26,445 nucleotides of DNA from Deferrisomatales bacterium (GCA_033551855.1 JAWSUI010000050.1:1-26445), one strand, 5' to 3'; positions 1 to 7,507 are shown, counted from the stretch's first letter. Translations and numbers: made by a program. The notes: generated by a model from the sequence alone, not told the origin.

Positions 1-11
1 GTCCCCCTGTC

Positions 12-279
12 TCAAACCTGAACAGGACGTTTCGCGGAGGCAGCGGGAATTGCTGTCCCCCGGGTGAGGGCGAGAATCTCCTCGGTGGTCATCGAGACAG
101 TGGCTTTGCCCCGCAGTCGTTCGACGACCCGGCTGCCTCGCCCATCGGGTCCTTCTTCTTTGACCACCCGTAGAGGTGTTGCCCTCCGGGATGAATCGGA
201 CCTTGGAGCCGGGCAGGAAGCCCAACTGCTCACGCAGCTCCTGGGGAATCGTCACCTGCCCCTTGCTGGTGATCTTCAT
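12..279 (-). pseudogene. AbrB/MazE/SpoVT-family antitoxin, frameshifted
   Basis: ATG at 279 with GGAGG at 287-291. It reads MKITSKGQVTIPQELREQLGFLPGSKVRFIPEGNT (AbrB signature), then one extra base at about 174 shifts the frame. The C-terminal half LRVVKEEG...ERLRGKATVSMTTEEILALTRG is in the 12..233 ORF frame. Confidence 0.8.
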
Positions 280-565
280 GCCGCCACCTCCCGGCGGTGA
301 GAGTCTTACGTTCCGATTCCTACCCTCTGAGCCGGACGAAGTCCTGCCTGCCGGTCCTTCGGGCCCTGTCCGGTTCCCCGCCGCACGGCCTGGACCGTGC
401 CGGAGACCTTCTCCTGGTTCAGGGTGCCCTCCCGGTGCGTGGGCGACCGGGAGGAATGCCTCTTCACAGCGGTCGTCCGGTGGGGTATGAACGCAGGCAG
501 CACGGAGCCAGACCGGAAACAGAGCCTCTCACTGCCCTCTGAACCGGAGCAACTCCACGGAGGGA

Positions 566-664
566 TGAAAGCAAAGGACGGCAAGGACCTCGAGGACTCC
601 AAGGAGTAAGCCGACGAGGGGACGGCACCTGGTCGTTGCGGTCCCTGCCGTCCTGGGGGTCCTT
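566..664. repeat. 9-bp-period AAGGACNNN array followed by an inverted copy (left flank of the four-helix-bundle gene)
   Basis: AAAGGACGGC AAGGACCTC GAGGACTCC AAGGAG at about 573-606, and GGTCCCTGCCGTCCTGGGGGTCCTT at 640-664, whose reverse complement is AAGGACCCCCAGGACGGCAGGGACC. Confidence 0.75.
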
Positions 665-686
665 ACCCGAAAGGGATGAGCCGCCC

Positions 687-1247
687 TTGACCGAAGGCTT
701 CCTGCCGCCCCACGGCGGCTACCAGAACCTGCTCTCGTACCAGAAGGCCGAGATCGTCTACGACGCCACGGTGTACTTCTGCGACCGCTTCGTCGACCGG
801 AGAAGCCGTACCCATGACCAGATGGTACAGGCGGCCCGCTCGGGGAAGCAGAACATCATCGAAGGCAGCATGGCGTCCGGCACCTCGAAAGAGATGGAGA
901 TCAAGCTGACCAACGTGGCGCGGGCGAGCATGGAAGAGCTGCTGGCCGATTATCGCGACTTCCTGCGGACGCGCGGCCTCTTGGAATGGCCCAAGGGCCA
1001 CCCCTACGCGAAGCGGCTCAGGCAGCTCAACCGGATTCCGGCCGCCGCCTATGAGACGTTCCGAAGGGGCGTCGAGAGCCCGGACCCGGCAATCTCGGCG
1101 AACGTGATCATCGGCCTGATCCGGGTCACCAGCTACCTGCTGGACCGGCAACTGCGCAGCCTGGAACAGGCCTTCCTCAAAGAGGGCGGGCTGCGCGAGC
1201 GCATGACGCGAGCGCGCTTGGAAGAGCGAAAGAAGAAGAGAGCGTGA
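687..1247 (+). CDS. Four helix bundle suffix domain-containing protein (23S rRNA IVS protein/TIGR02436-like fold with a TIGR04258-like suffix)
   Basis: GFLPPHGGYQNLLSYQKAEIVYD...RTHDQMVQAARSGKQNIIEGS...EIKLTNVARASMEELLADYRDFLR...FLKEGGLRERMTRAR. Probable TTG start at 687 after AAAGGGA. Confidence 0.85.
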   Translation: MTEGFLPPHGGYQNLLSYQKAEIVYDATVYFCDRFVDRRSRTHDQMVQAARSGKQNIIEGSMASGTSKEMEIKLTNVARASMEELLADYRDFLRTRGLLEWPKGHPYAKRLRQLNRIPAAAYETFRRGVESPDPAISANVIIGLIRVTSYLLDRQLRSLEQAFLKEGGLRERMTRARLEERKKKRA

Positions 1248-1342
1248 GAAGGCCAAGAACCAAAGGGATTCCAAGGACTCGAAGGTCGATTTCTGCGGCG
1301 CCGGTCCGTCCTTGCCGTCTTTGCCGTCCTTTTCGTCCTTGA
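1248..1342. repeat. 9-bp-period array plus inverted array (right flank of the four-helix-bundle gene)
   Basis: AAGGCCAAGAACCAAAGGGATTCCAAGGACTCGAAGG, then TCCGTCCTTGCCGTCTTTGCCGTCCTTTTCGTCCTTGA at 1305-1342. Confidence 0.75.
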
Positions 1343-1715
1343 TCGGCCAACACGTCAAAGAACGGAAACATTCTGTGTCGTACGATTCTTGCGTGCATTG
1401 GCCGTGTTCACCGGAACCTCTTGGGTGGCCCGTGCCCTGAGAGGGGAACGCCGGGGTGGTGCCCCGTGCCGCATCGACGGCCGCACGGGGCCGAAGCGGT
1501 TCGGTCAGGCTCGGCGCACCCGCCCGCCGGGCCGCCGACGGTTCGGGTGCCGAGGAGCTTGCTGCGCGTCACGCAGGGGGTTCCCGACGCCGCTTGCCAC
1601 CGACGAGGAGGGTCACCGGGCAGCGGCGCCATTGTGCGGCCGGGGAGTTCTTGATAGAAGGAGAGGGGGACTTCCCGACGCGGTAGGTCGGCATGCCGCG
1701 GGAAAGGGGCGGGTG

Positions 1716-2381
1716 GTGGATCTGGGCTCGATCTCCGCGGAGCTCACCGAGGTGGTGTGGCCGGTGGCGTACCGGATGACCGTGGCGTTCCTGTGCGGCG
1801 CCATCGTCGGGGCGGAGCGCGAATCCAAGGGGAAGCCCGCGGGGCTGCGGACCAACATCCTCATCTGCCTAGGGGCCACGCTGTTCACCATCGCCTCCGA
1901 CCTCATGGCCCGCCTCTCGGCCGAAGGGCCCCAGGAGACGACCCGGATCGCCGCGCAGATCGTCACCGGCGTAGGGTTCCTGGGCGCCGGGGCGATCCTG
2001 CGCAGCGGCAGGGGGGTGCACGGCCTCACGACGGCCGCCACCATCTGGCTGGTGGCCGCGATCGGGATGATCGTGGGGATCGGTTTCCCGCTCCTGGGAC
2101 TCGGCACCGCCCTGATGACCGTGCTCACCCTGACGGGCCTGGGCCGCATCGAGCAGCGCATCATCGGCGCCTGCGACATGCGCACCATGGAGGTGCACCT
2201 GGGCAGGGACGAGACCCTGGCGAGGGCCCGGCTGGAGGCCATCCTCGAGTCGGCGGTGTGGCCCACCCAGGTCGAACGGGTCCAGACGGACGAAAACGGG
2301 ATCACGGTGGCCTTCCGCTACTGCGCCCGGCACGCGTCCCACCGGTCGGTCCTCTGGGACCTGGGGCAGGGGCTCCGGTGA
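1716..2381 (+). CDS. mgtC: MgtC/SapB family membrane protein
   Basis: GAIVGAERESKGKPAGLRTNILICLG, RIAAQIVTGVGFLGAGAI and GLTTAATIWLVAAIG are MgtC motifs. GTG start at 1713 or 1716 after AAGGGG. The ORF-track extension to 1389 is not credible. Confidence 0.88.
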   Translation: MDLGSISAELTEVVWPVAYRMTVAFLCGAIVGAERESKGKPAGLRTNILICLGATLFTIASDLMARLSAEGPQETTRIAAQIVTGVGFLGAGAILRSGRGVHGLTTAATIWLVAAIGMIVGIGFPLLGLGTALMTVLTLTGLGRIEQRIIGACDMRTMEVHLGRDETLARARLEAILESAVWPTQVERVQTDENGITVAFRYCARHASHRSVLWDLGQGLR

Positions 2382-2555
2382 GGGAGCCCCCCCGGGGGGG
2401 CGATCGACGGGGCCGCCGGCATCGAGATTGCCGATTTGACTCGGCCCGGCCCCCGGCGCGTACGATGCACCGGAGGCGGCGCGGGGCGTTGCCCCCCCGG
2501 CTTGCCGCGGCACCTTCCCTCCGGCTCGTTGCGAAGGGACGGGTCCCCACTTTTC

Positions 2556-2633
2556 GGCGTATCCGGGGAATGACCGGGTACTCGCCTCCAGGGACGATCG
2601 GGCGGGCCCACCCGGTCGTTTGCCGGAGGAACC
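2556..2633. mobile_element. MITE copy A (78 bp), 24-bp imperfect terminal inverted repeats, 8-bp target duplication CACTTTTC
   Basis: Left end GGCGTATCCGGGGAATGACCGGGT versus reverse complement of the right end GGTTCCTCCGGCAAACGACCGGGT (17/24). CACTTTTC occurs at 2548-2555 and 2634-2641. Confidence 0.75.
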
Positions 2634-2657
2634 CACTTTTCGGGAAAGGGCTGCGCC

Positions 2658-3266
2658 ATGACGGAGACCATCGACTGCCGGGGGCTGGCCTGCCCCGAGC
2701 CCGTCCTGCGGGTCAAAGCCGCCCTCGAAGTCGTCCCCGAGGGGGCGGTGACGGTCCTGGTGGACGACCCCGTCGCCCGGGAGAACGTGGCGCGGTTCGC
2801 CGAAGCCCAGGGGTGCACGGTGGCGGTACAGGCGGAGGGCACGGGATGGCGGCTGACGGCGGTCAAGGACCCGGCCGGGGGAAGAGCGCCGGACGAGAGC
2901 CCGATCGACCCTTCGCCGGATGAGAAGAGGCACCCCACGGCCTTCCTCATCACCTCGGATCGCCTGGGCCCCGAGCCGGAGCTCGGCCACGTCCTCATGC
3001 GGGCTTTTTTGAGCACCCTCGGCCAGGCGACCGTCAGGCCCGCGAAGCTGCTCTTCCTCAACCGTGCCGTCTACCTCACCACCGAGGGCTCCGAGGCCCT
3101 GGACGTTCTCGCCGAGCTGGAGCGGCAGGGCACCGAGGTCCTGAGCTGCGGCACGTGCCTGGAATTCCTGGGGCGAAAGGACGCCCTGCGGGTCGGCAGG
3201 GTCTCGAACATGTACGACACGGTGGAGACCCTGACGGGCCCCTTCCGGGTCGTGTCCCTTCCCTGA
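2658..3266 (+). CDS. yedF: Sulfurtransferase-like selenium metabolism protein YedF (TusA/SirA domain + DsrE domain)
   Basis: N-terminal IDCRGLACPEPV (TusA CPxP motif). C-terminal ELGHVLMRAFL...LFLNRAVYL...VLSCGTCLEF...GRVSNMYD. Adjacent to selD. Confidence 0.88.
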   Translation: MTETIDCRGLACPEPVLRVKAALEVVPEGAVTVLVDDPVARENVARFAEAQGCTVAVQAEGTGWRLTAVKDPAGGRAPDESPIDPSPDEKRHPTAFLITSDRLGPEPELGHVLMRAFLSTLGQATVRPAKLLFLNRAVYLTTEGSEALDVLAELERQGTEVLSCGTCLEFLGRKDALRVGRVSNMYDTVETLTGPFRVVSLP

Positions 3267-3291
3267 GAGCCGAGCATCGTCGAGGCTGACC

Positions 3292-4335
3292 GTGACCACA
3301 CCACCCGTTCGACTGACCTCCCTTTCCCGGGCCTCGGGCTGAGGGGCGAAGATCGGGCCAGGGGACCTGGCCTCGACCCTTCGATCCTTGGAGGTCCCGG
3401 CCGGCCCCCGGGTCCTGGTGGGGCTTCACACCGGCGACGACGCCGGGGTCTACCTCCTGGAGGAGGGGAAGGCCCTGGTCCAGACCGTCGACTTCATCAC
3501 GCCGGTGGTCGACGACCCCCGCCTCTTCGGGGAGATCGCGGCGGCCAACTCCCTCTCGGATGTCTACGCGATGGGGGGGCAGCCCCTCACCGCACTCAAC
3601 GTGCTGTGCTACCCGTCGTGCGACGTCGGCACGGAGGTCGTGGGTGAGATCCTCGCGGGGGGGGCCTCCAAGATCCGGGAGGCGGGAGCCAGTCTCGTGG
3701 GTGGGCACACCGTGGACAACCCGGAGCTCCTGTACGGCCTCTCGGTCACCGGGTTGGCCGACCCGGCGCGGCTGCTGACCAACGCCGGCGCAAGGCCCGG
3801 CGACCTGCTCGTGCTCACCAAGCCCTTGGGGCTGGGGCTCCTGGCCACCGCCGTGAAGGCCGGCCTTGCCGACCCGGGGCACGCCCGGGAGATGGGCCGG
3901 GTGATGGCCGCCCTCAACCGCAAGGCGGGGGAGGCCCTCCTCGAGCACGGTGCGCGAGCCGCCACGGACGTCACCGGCTTCGGCCTGGCGGGGCACGCCC
4001 TGGCGGTGGCCCGGGAGAGCGGGGTCGATCTGGTCCTTCGGTGGTCCGCGATCCCGGTCCTCCCTGGAGCGCGGGAGGCCCTTCGCCTCGGCCTGGTTCC
4101 CGGCGGCGCCTATCGAAACCGGGATGCCTACGCCGACCGGCTGGAGATCTCCGTCCCCGAGCCCGAGGACGTCTCGCTCCTCCTCTGCGACCCCCAGACC
4201 TCGGGGGGCATCCTGGCGGCCCTCCCGGGGAATCGGGCGGAGGTCTACGCGCGGAGGCTCCGGGACGAGGGGGTGTCCTGGGCCGAGGTCGTGGGGGAGG
4301 TGCGAGAAGGGCCGGGGCGGCTGGTGGTCGAGTGA
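3292..4335 (+). CDS. selD: Selenide, water dikinase (selenophosphate synthetase), selenocysteine-containing
   Basis: GTG at 3292 gives MTTPPVRLTSLSRASG-U(TGA 3340-3342)-GAKIGPGDL, in frame with the 3388 ORF (DDAGVY, QTVDFITPVVDDP, ANSLSDVYAMGG, GGHT, TDVTGFGLAGH, DPQTSGG). Confidence 0.93.
3353..3376 (+). promoter_or_regulatory. Bacterial SECIS-like hairpin downstream of the selD UGA
   Basis: Stem GGCCAGG (3356-3362) / CCTGGCC (3366-3372) with a GGA loop, extended by TCG/CGA around a bulged U. It begins about 10 nt after the UGA. Confidence 0.75.
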
Positions 4336-4388
4336 GTTGCCCATGACCTGCAGTCACCCCGAGGGATGAAACGAGCTCCAAAGCGCCC

Positions 4389-4485
4389 GTGGGAGCGGCC
4401 TACCGGCCGCGATGACGGGCGAAGCCCGATCTTCTCGCGAGGTGTGGCCCTGCGGGCCAGATCGCGGGCAGGAGCCCGCTCCCTA
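4389..4485. repeat. REP doublet (REPIN-like)
   Basis: GTGGGAGCGGCCTACCGGCCGCGAT (4389-4413) and inverted ATCGCGGGCAGGAGCCCGCTCCCTA (4461-4485). This matches the GTGGGAGC...CGCGAT REP architecture, with two small hairpins in the spacer. Confidence 0.7.
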
Positions 4486-4562
4486 TCTCGGGCAGTTGCT
4501 TTGTGGCTGCGATCTCGATCCCTGTGGCGATCCGGTTCTCTTCCCGGGAGGTCTCGGGGCGG

Positions 4563-4611
4563 GCAAAAGAATGCCGGAGTGCGGTGAAAGGAGGGAAAAC
4601 CGCACTCCGGC
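4563..4611 (-). terminator. Intrinsic terminator-like hairpin with an anti-SD loop
   Basis: Perfect 13-bp stem GCCGGAGTGCGGT / ACCGCACTCCGGC. On the minus strand the loop is TTTCCCTCCTTTC and the tail is ATTCTTTT. Confidence 0.6.
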
Positions 4612-4682
4612 GAAAAGGGGTGCGAGCCGTTGACTTCGGCGTCGCATCTCCTGGGATCGGCCGGGGGTGGGGAAACCTTTAG

Positions 4683-4891
4683 GGCTCATCCGGGGAATGA
4701 CCGGGTACACGTCTCCAGGCACGTTCGGGTGGGCCCGACCACGTGGGCGGACGGCCGCGCGACGGGAGCAGCTGCTTCGGGAGCCGCGATATCGCGAGGA
4801 CTCCGGATGCGGCGCGGCAGCGCTCCCACCGTGCAGCCCGGCATCATCTCCCGGAGTGGGCGGGCCCACCCGTTCGTCTGACGGAGGAACC
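4683..4891. mobile_element. MITE copy B (209 bp), same ends as copy A, near-perfect 8-bp target duplication
   Basis: Left end GGCTCATCCGGGGAATGACCGGGT versus reverse complement of the right end GGTTCCTCCGTCAGACGAACGGGT (16/24). Flanks are ACCTTTAG (4675-4682) and ACCTCTAG (4892-4899). Confidence 0.72.
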
Positions 4892-4970
4892 ACCTCTAGG
4901 CTCTGTCGCGATCTGTGGTATGCGGACCGGCGGCGGCACCCCCCCCCGTGCAGGGGGGAAAGACGGCCCG

Positions 4971-5393
4971 CTACGGGCGAGGGCCGCCCCGTCGCCGCAG
5001 GGAGGAGAGCCGCAGGGCCAGCGCCAGGAGGCAGGCTCCGGCGGCGGCGCCCGCGAGGTCTGCGATCCAGTCCAGCACGCTCGCGTGCCGCCCCGGGACG
5101 AACCCTTGGTGCAGCTCGTCCGTGAGGCCGAAGACCCCCGCCACCACCCAACCCAGGAGGGCCCGGCGCCCCGGCGACCCACGGAACGCCGCCCCCCAGA
5201 GAAATGCCAGCGGGGCGTACTGCACCGCGTGGAGCGCCTTGTCGGACCAGCCGTGGAAGAAGGCGGGAATCGGGGGGTGCGAGGTGTGGGAGAGGGCGAA
5301 GATCGCCCCCATGTAGGCCAACGCCGCCGCCGCTGCGACCCAGCGGGCGGAGATGCCGCGTCCGCGGGCCCCTGCCCGGTCCGGTTCCTGCAC
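4971..5393 (-). CDS. vanZ: VanZ family membrane protein
   Basis: YMGAIFALS...DKALHAVQYAPLAFL...FGLTDELHQGFVPGRHASVLDWIADLAG. GTG start with GGAGG upstream. Confidence 0.85.
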   Translation of the reverse strand: MQEPDRAGARGRGISARWVAAAAALAYMGAIFALSHTSHPPIPAFFHGWSDKALHAVQYAPLAFLWGAAFRGSPGRRALLGWVVAGVFGLTDELHQGFVPGRHASVLDWIADLAGAAAGACLLALALRLSSLRRRGGPRP

Positions 5394-5484
5394 GAGCCCT
5401 CCCCATCCGTATCGCTATCGGTATCGGGTTCGATTTCCCGGCCCACGCCCTGGGAGCCGGCGGATCCCCGTTGCCCCGGAGCGC

Positions 5485-5514
5485 TTGAAGGGTAGGTGCC
5501 CGGTCCCCTAGAAT
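5485..5514 (+). promoter_or_regulatory. Putative sigma70 promoter for udg
   Basis: TTGAAG-N18-TAGAAT, ending 9 nt before the ATG. Confidence 0.45.
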
Positions 5515-5523
5515 GCAAGTCCC

Positions 5524-6234
5524 ATGTCCGCTTCCTCCCCGCCGGTCCCGGATCCCCAGCGAGCCCTCGAGGCGGCCCTGCGCTTTGCCGAGAGCTCGGG
5601 GGCCTGGATCGTGCCGGGACCGGAGCTGCCGGCGTTCGCCCCGGAGCCGGGGGAGGCCCCGGGCGCGGGGTCGGACCCCGCGGCAGCCCTCCGGGCCGTC
5701 CGGGAGGACCTGGGCGACTGCCGGCGCTGCCGCCTGTGGCAGGGACGCACACGATTGGTCTTCGGGGTGGGTAGCCCCCGGGCCCGCCTGGTCTTCGTGG
5801 GGGAAGGGCCCGGCGAGGAGGAGGACCGGCGGGGAGAGCCATTCGTGGGGCGAGCCGGTCAACTCCTGGACCGGATGCTCCGGTCCCTGGGGCTGGACCG
5901 GAGCGGGGTCTACATCGCCAATGTGGTCAAGTGCCGGCCGCCGAAGAACCGCACCCCCCTCCCGGACGAGGCCGAGACCTGTCTGCCGTTCCTGTGGCGT
6001 CAGCTCGAGGCCATCGGGCCCGCGGCGGTGTGCGCCCTGGGGGCCTGTGCGGCCCAGAAGCTGCTCGCCACCGAAGCACCGATCTCCCGCCTCCGGGGCC
6101 GGGTCCACCGCGCAAGGGGATGGCCCGTCGTGCCCACCTTCCACCCCGCCTACCTCCTGCGGAACCCGGCGGCCAAGCGGCAGGCCTGGGAAGATCTCCA
6201 GCGGCTGAGAGGGCTGATCGACGCCGGTCCGTGA
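5524..6234 (+). CDS. udg: Uracil-DNA glycosylase, family 4 (4Fe-4S)
   Basis: CRRCRL, FVGEGPGEEEDRRGEPFVGRAGQLL, NVVKCRPPKNRTP, TFHPAYLLRNP. Confidence 0.92.
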   Translation: MSASSPPVPDPQRALEAALRFAESSGAWIVPGPELPAFAPEPGEAPGAGSDPAAALRAVREDLGDCRRCRLWQGRTRLVFGVGSPRARLVFVGEGPGEEEDRRGEPFVGRAGQLLDRMLRSLGLDRSGVYIANVVKCRPPKNRTPLPDEAETCLPFLWRQLEAIGPAAVCALGACAAQKLLATEAPISRLRGRVHRARGWPVVPTFHPAYLLRNPAAKRQAWEDLQRLRGLIDAGP

Positions 6235-6331
6235 GGGGAGAGACCTCCCGCCGCATCGGCCGAAGGGCGGGTCTCGACGCCGGTCGGTGAAGCTCGAAGC
6301 GTCTGCTTGCCGGGGGGCGGACCTGCCGACA

Positions 6332-6376
6332 GCCGCGGATTTCGCGGCGGAGAGCAGGGGGTCCCCGACCCCGCTC
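6332..6376 (+). repeat. 45-bp twin-hairpin dispersed repeat, copy 1
   Basis: 41/45 identical to 23949-23993. Confidence 0.75.
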
Positions 6377-6412
6377 TCCACCTACCCGGAGTGTCGAGGG
6401 AGCCGAAATGCG

Positions 6413-6441
6413 TTGACGCCCCGCCGACGGGTCGGTAGGGT
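6413..6441 (+). promoter_or_regulatory. Putative sigma70 promoter for the hflK operon
   Basis: TTGACG-N17-TAGGGT upstream of the GGAGG ribosome-binding site. Confidence 0.55.
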
Positions 6442-6481
6442 TTTGCGGGAGTGAACCAGACCATCCACAGCGGAGGATTCG

Positions 6482-7507
6482 ATGTCTTGGAAGGAACAGG
6501 GCGGGTTCGGCGGCGGGCCGCGGGACCCCATGGAGATCCTCGAGGAGATCAAGGGGCGCCTCCGGGGCAAGTTTCCGGCGGGGGGCGCGGTGTGGGGCAT
6601 CATCGTGGTCGCCCTGCTCGTCTGGGCCGCCACCGGGATCTACATCGTCAACCCCGACGAGGTCGGGGTGGTGAAGCGCTTCGGCAAGTACGCCTACACC
6701 ACGGGGCCCGGGCCCCACTGGCACATCCCCTACCCGGTGGAGAGCGTCCTGAAGCCCAAGGTCACCCAGGTGCGCCGGGTGGAGGTCGGCTTCCGCACGG
6801 TGGCGGCGGGGCCCCCGGCGCGGTACCAGAGGGTGCCGGCGGAGGCCCTCATGCTCACTGGGGACGAGAACATCGTCTCGTGCGAGTTCATCGTCCAGTA
6901 CCGGGTGAGGGACGCCCAGGAGTTCCTCTTCCGGGTGCGGGACCCCGACGGGGCCGTGCGGGCTGCCGCCGAGGCCGCGATGCGCGAGATCGTGGGCCGG
7001 AACATCGTCGATGACGTGCTCACCGAGCAGAGGGAGATGGTCCAGGTGGAGGCGGCGGAGCTCCTGCAGAGCACGCTCGACATCTACCGGGGCGGCATCC
7101 GGGTGGACTACGTCCGGCTCCAGGACGTGTACCCCCCCGACCCGGTCATCGACGCCTTCCGCGACGTGGCGAGCGCCCGGGAGGACCGGGAGCGCCTGAG
7201 GAACGAGGCCGAGGCCTACGCCAACGACATCATTCCCAAGTCCCGTGGAGAGGCCGCGGAGCGCTTGAACCAGGCCCTGGGCTACCGGGCGACGAAGATC
7301 GCGTCGGCCGAGGGCGACGCCGCACGCTTCCAGGCCCTGCTCGCGGAGTACGAGCAGGCCAAGGACATCACCCGAAGGCGGCTGTACCTGGACGCCATGG
7401 GCGAGGTCCTCTCGAAGGCCAAGATCGTCCTGAGCGACGGGAAGCAGGGGGCCGGGGTGCTCCCGGTGCTCCCCCTGGACGCCTTCGCGCCCAAGGAGGT
7501 GAAGTGA
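6482..7507 (+). CDS. hflK: FtsH protease modulator HflK
   Basis: SPFH domain (GVVKRFGKY, GPHWHIPYPVE, MLTGDENIV, AEAYANDIIPKSRGEA, RRRLYLDAM). GGAGG RBS. Confidence 0.95.
   Translation: MSWKEQGGFGGGPRDPMEILEEIKGRLRGKFPAGGAVWGIIVVALLVWAATGIYIVNPDEVGVVKRFGKYAYTTGPGPHWHIPYPVESVLKPKVTQVRRVEVGFRTVAAGPPARYQRVPAEALMLTGDENIVSCEFIVQYRVRDAQEFLFRVRDPDGAVRAAAEAAMREIVGRNIVDDVLTEQREMVQVEAAELLQSTLDIYRGGIRVDYVRLQDVYPPDPVIDAFRDVASAREDRERLRNEAEAYANDIIPKSRGEAAERLNQALGYRATKIASAEGDAARFQALLAEYEQAKDITRRRLYLDAMGEVLSKAKIVLSDGKQGAGVLPVLPLDAFAPKEVK

Noticed and set aside
362..526. Possible fourth MITE (GGCCCTGT...ACAGAGCC)
   Set aside because: The ends do not fit the 24-bp consensus and there is no flanking duplication.
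397..609. Small ORF ending KAKDGKDLEDSKE, and the minus-strand ORF starting with KDEKDGKDGKDG (663-1358)
   Set aside because: The periodic peptides are a by-product of the 9-bp repeats. No family is recognisable.
687..1247. Diversity-generating retroelement or 23S rRNA intervening sequence
   Set aside because: The fold is related, but the window has no reverse transcriptase, no template/variable repeat pair and no rRNA sequence.
1400..1700. M-box or cobalamin riboswitch upstream of mgtC
   Set aside because: The conserved core motifs could not be matched. There are only vague resemblances such as AGGGGAA and GCCACCG.
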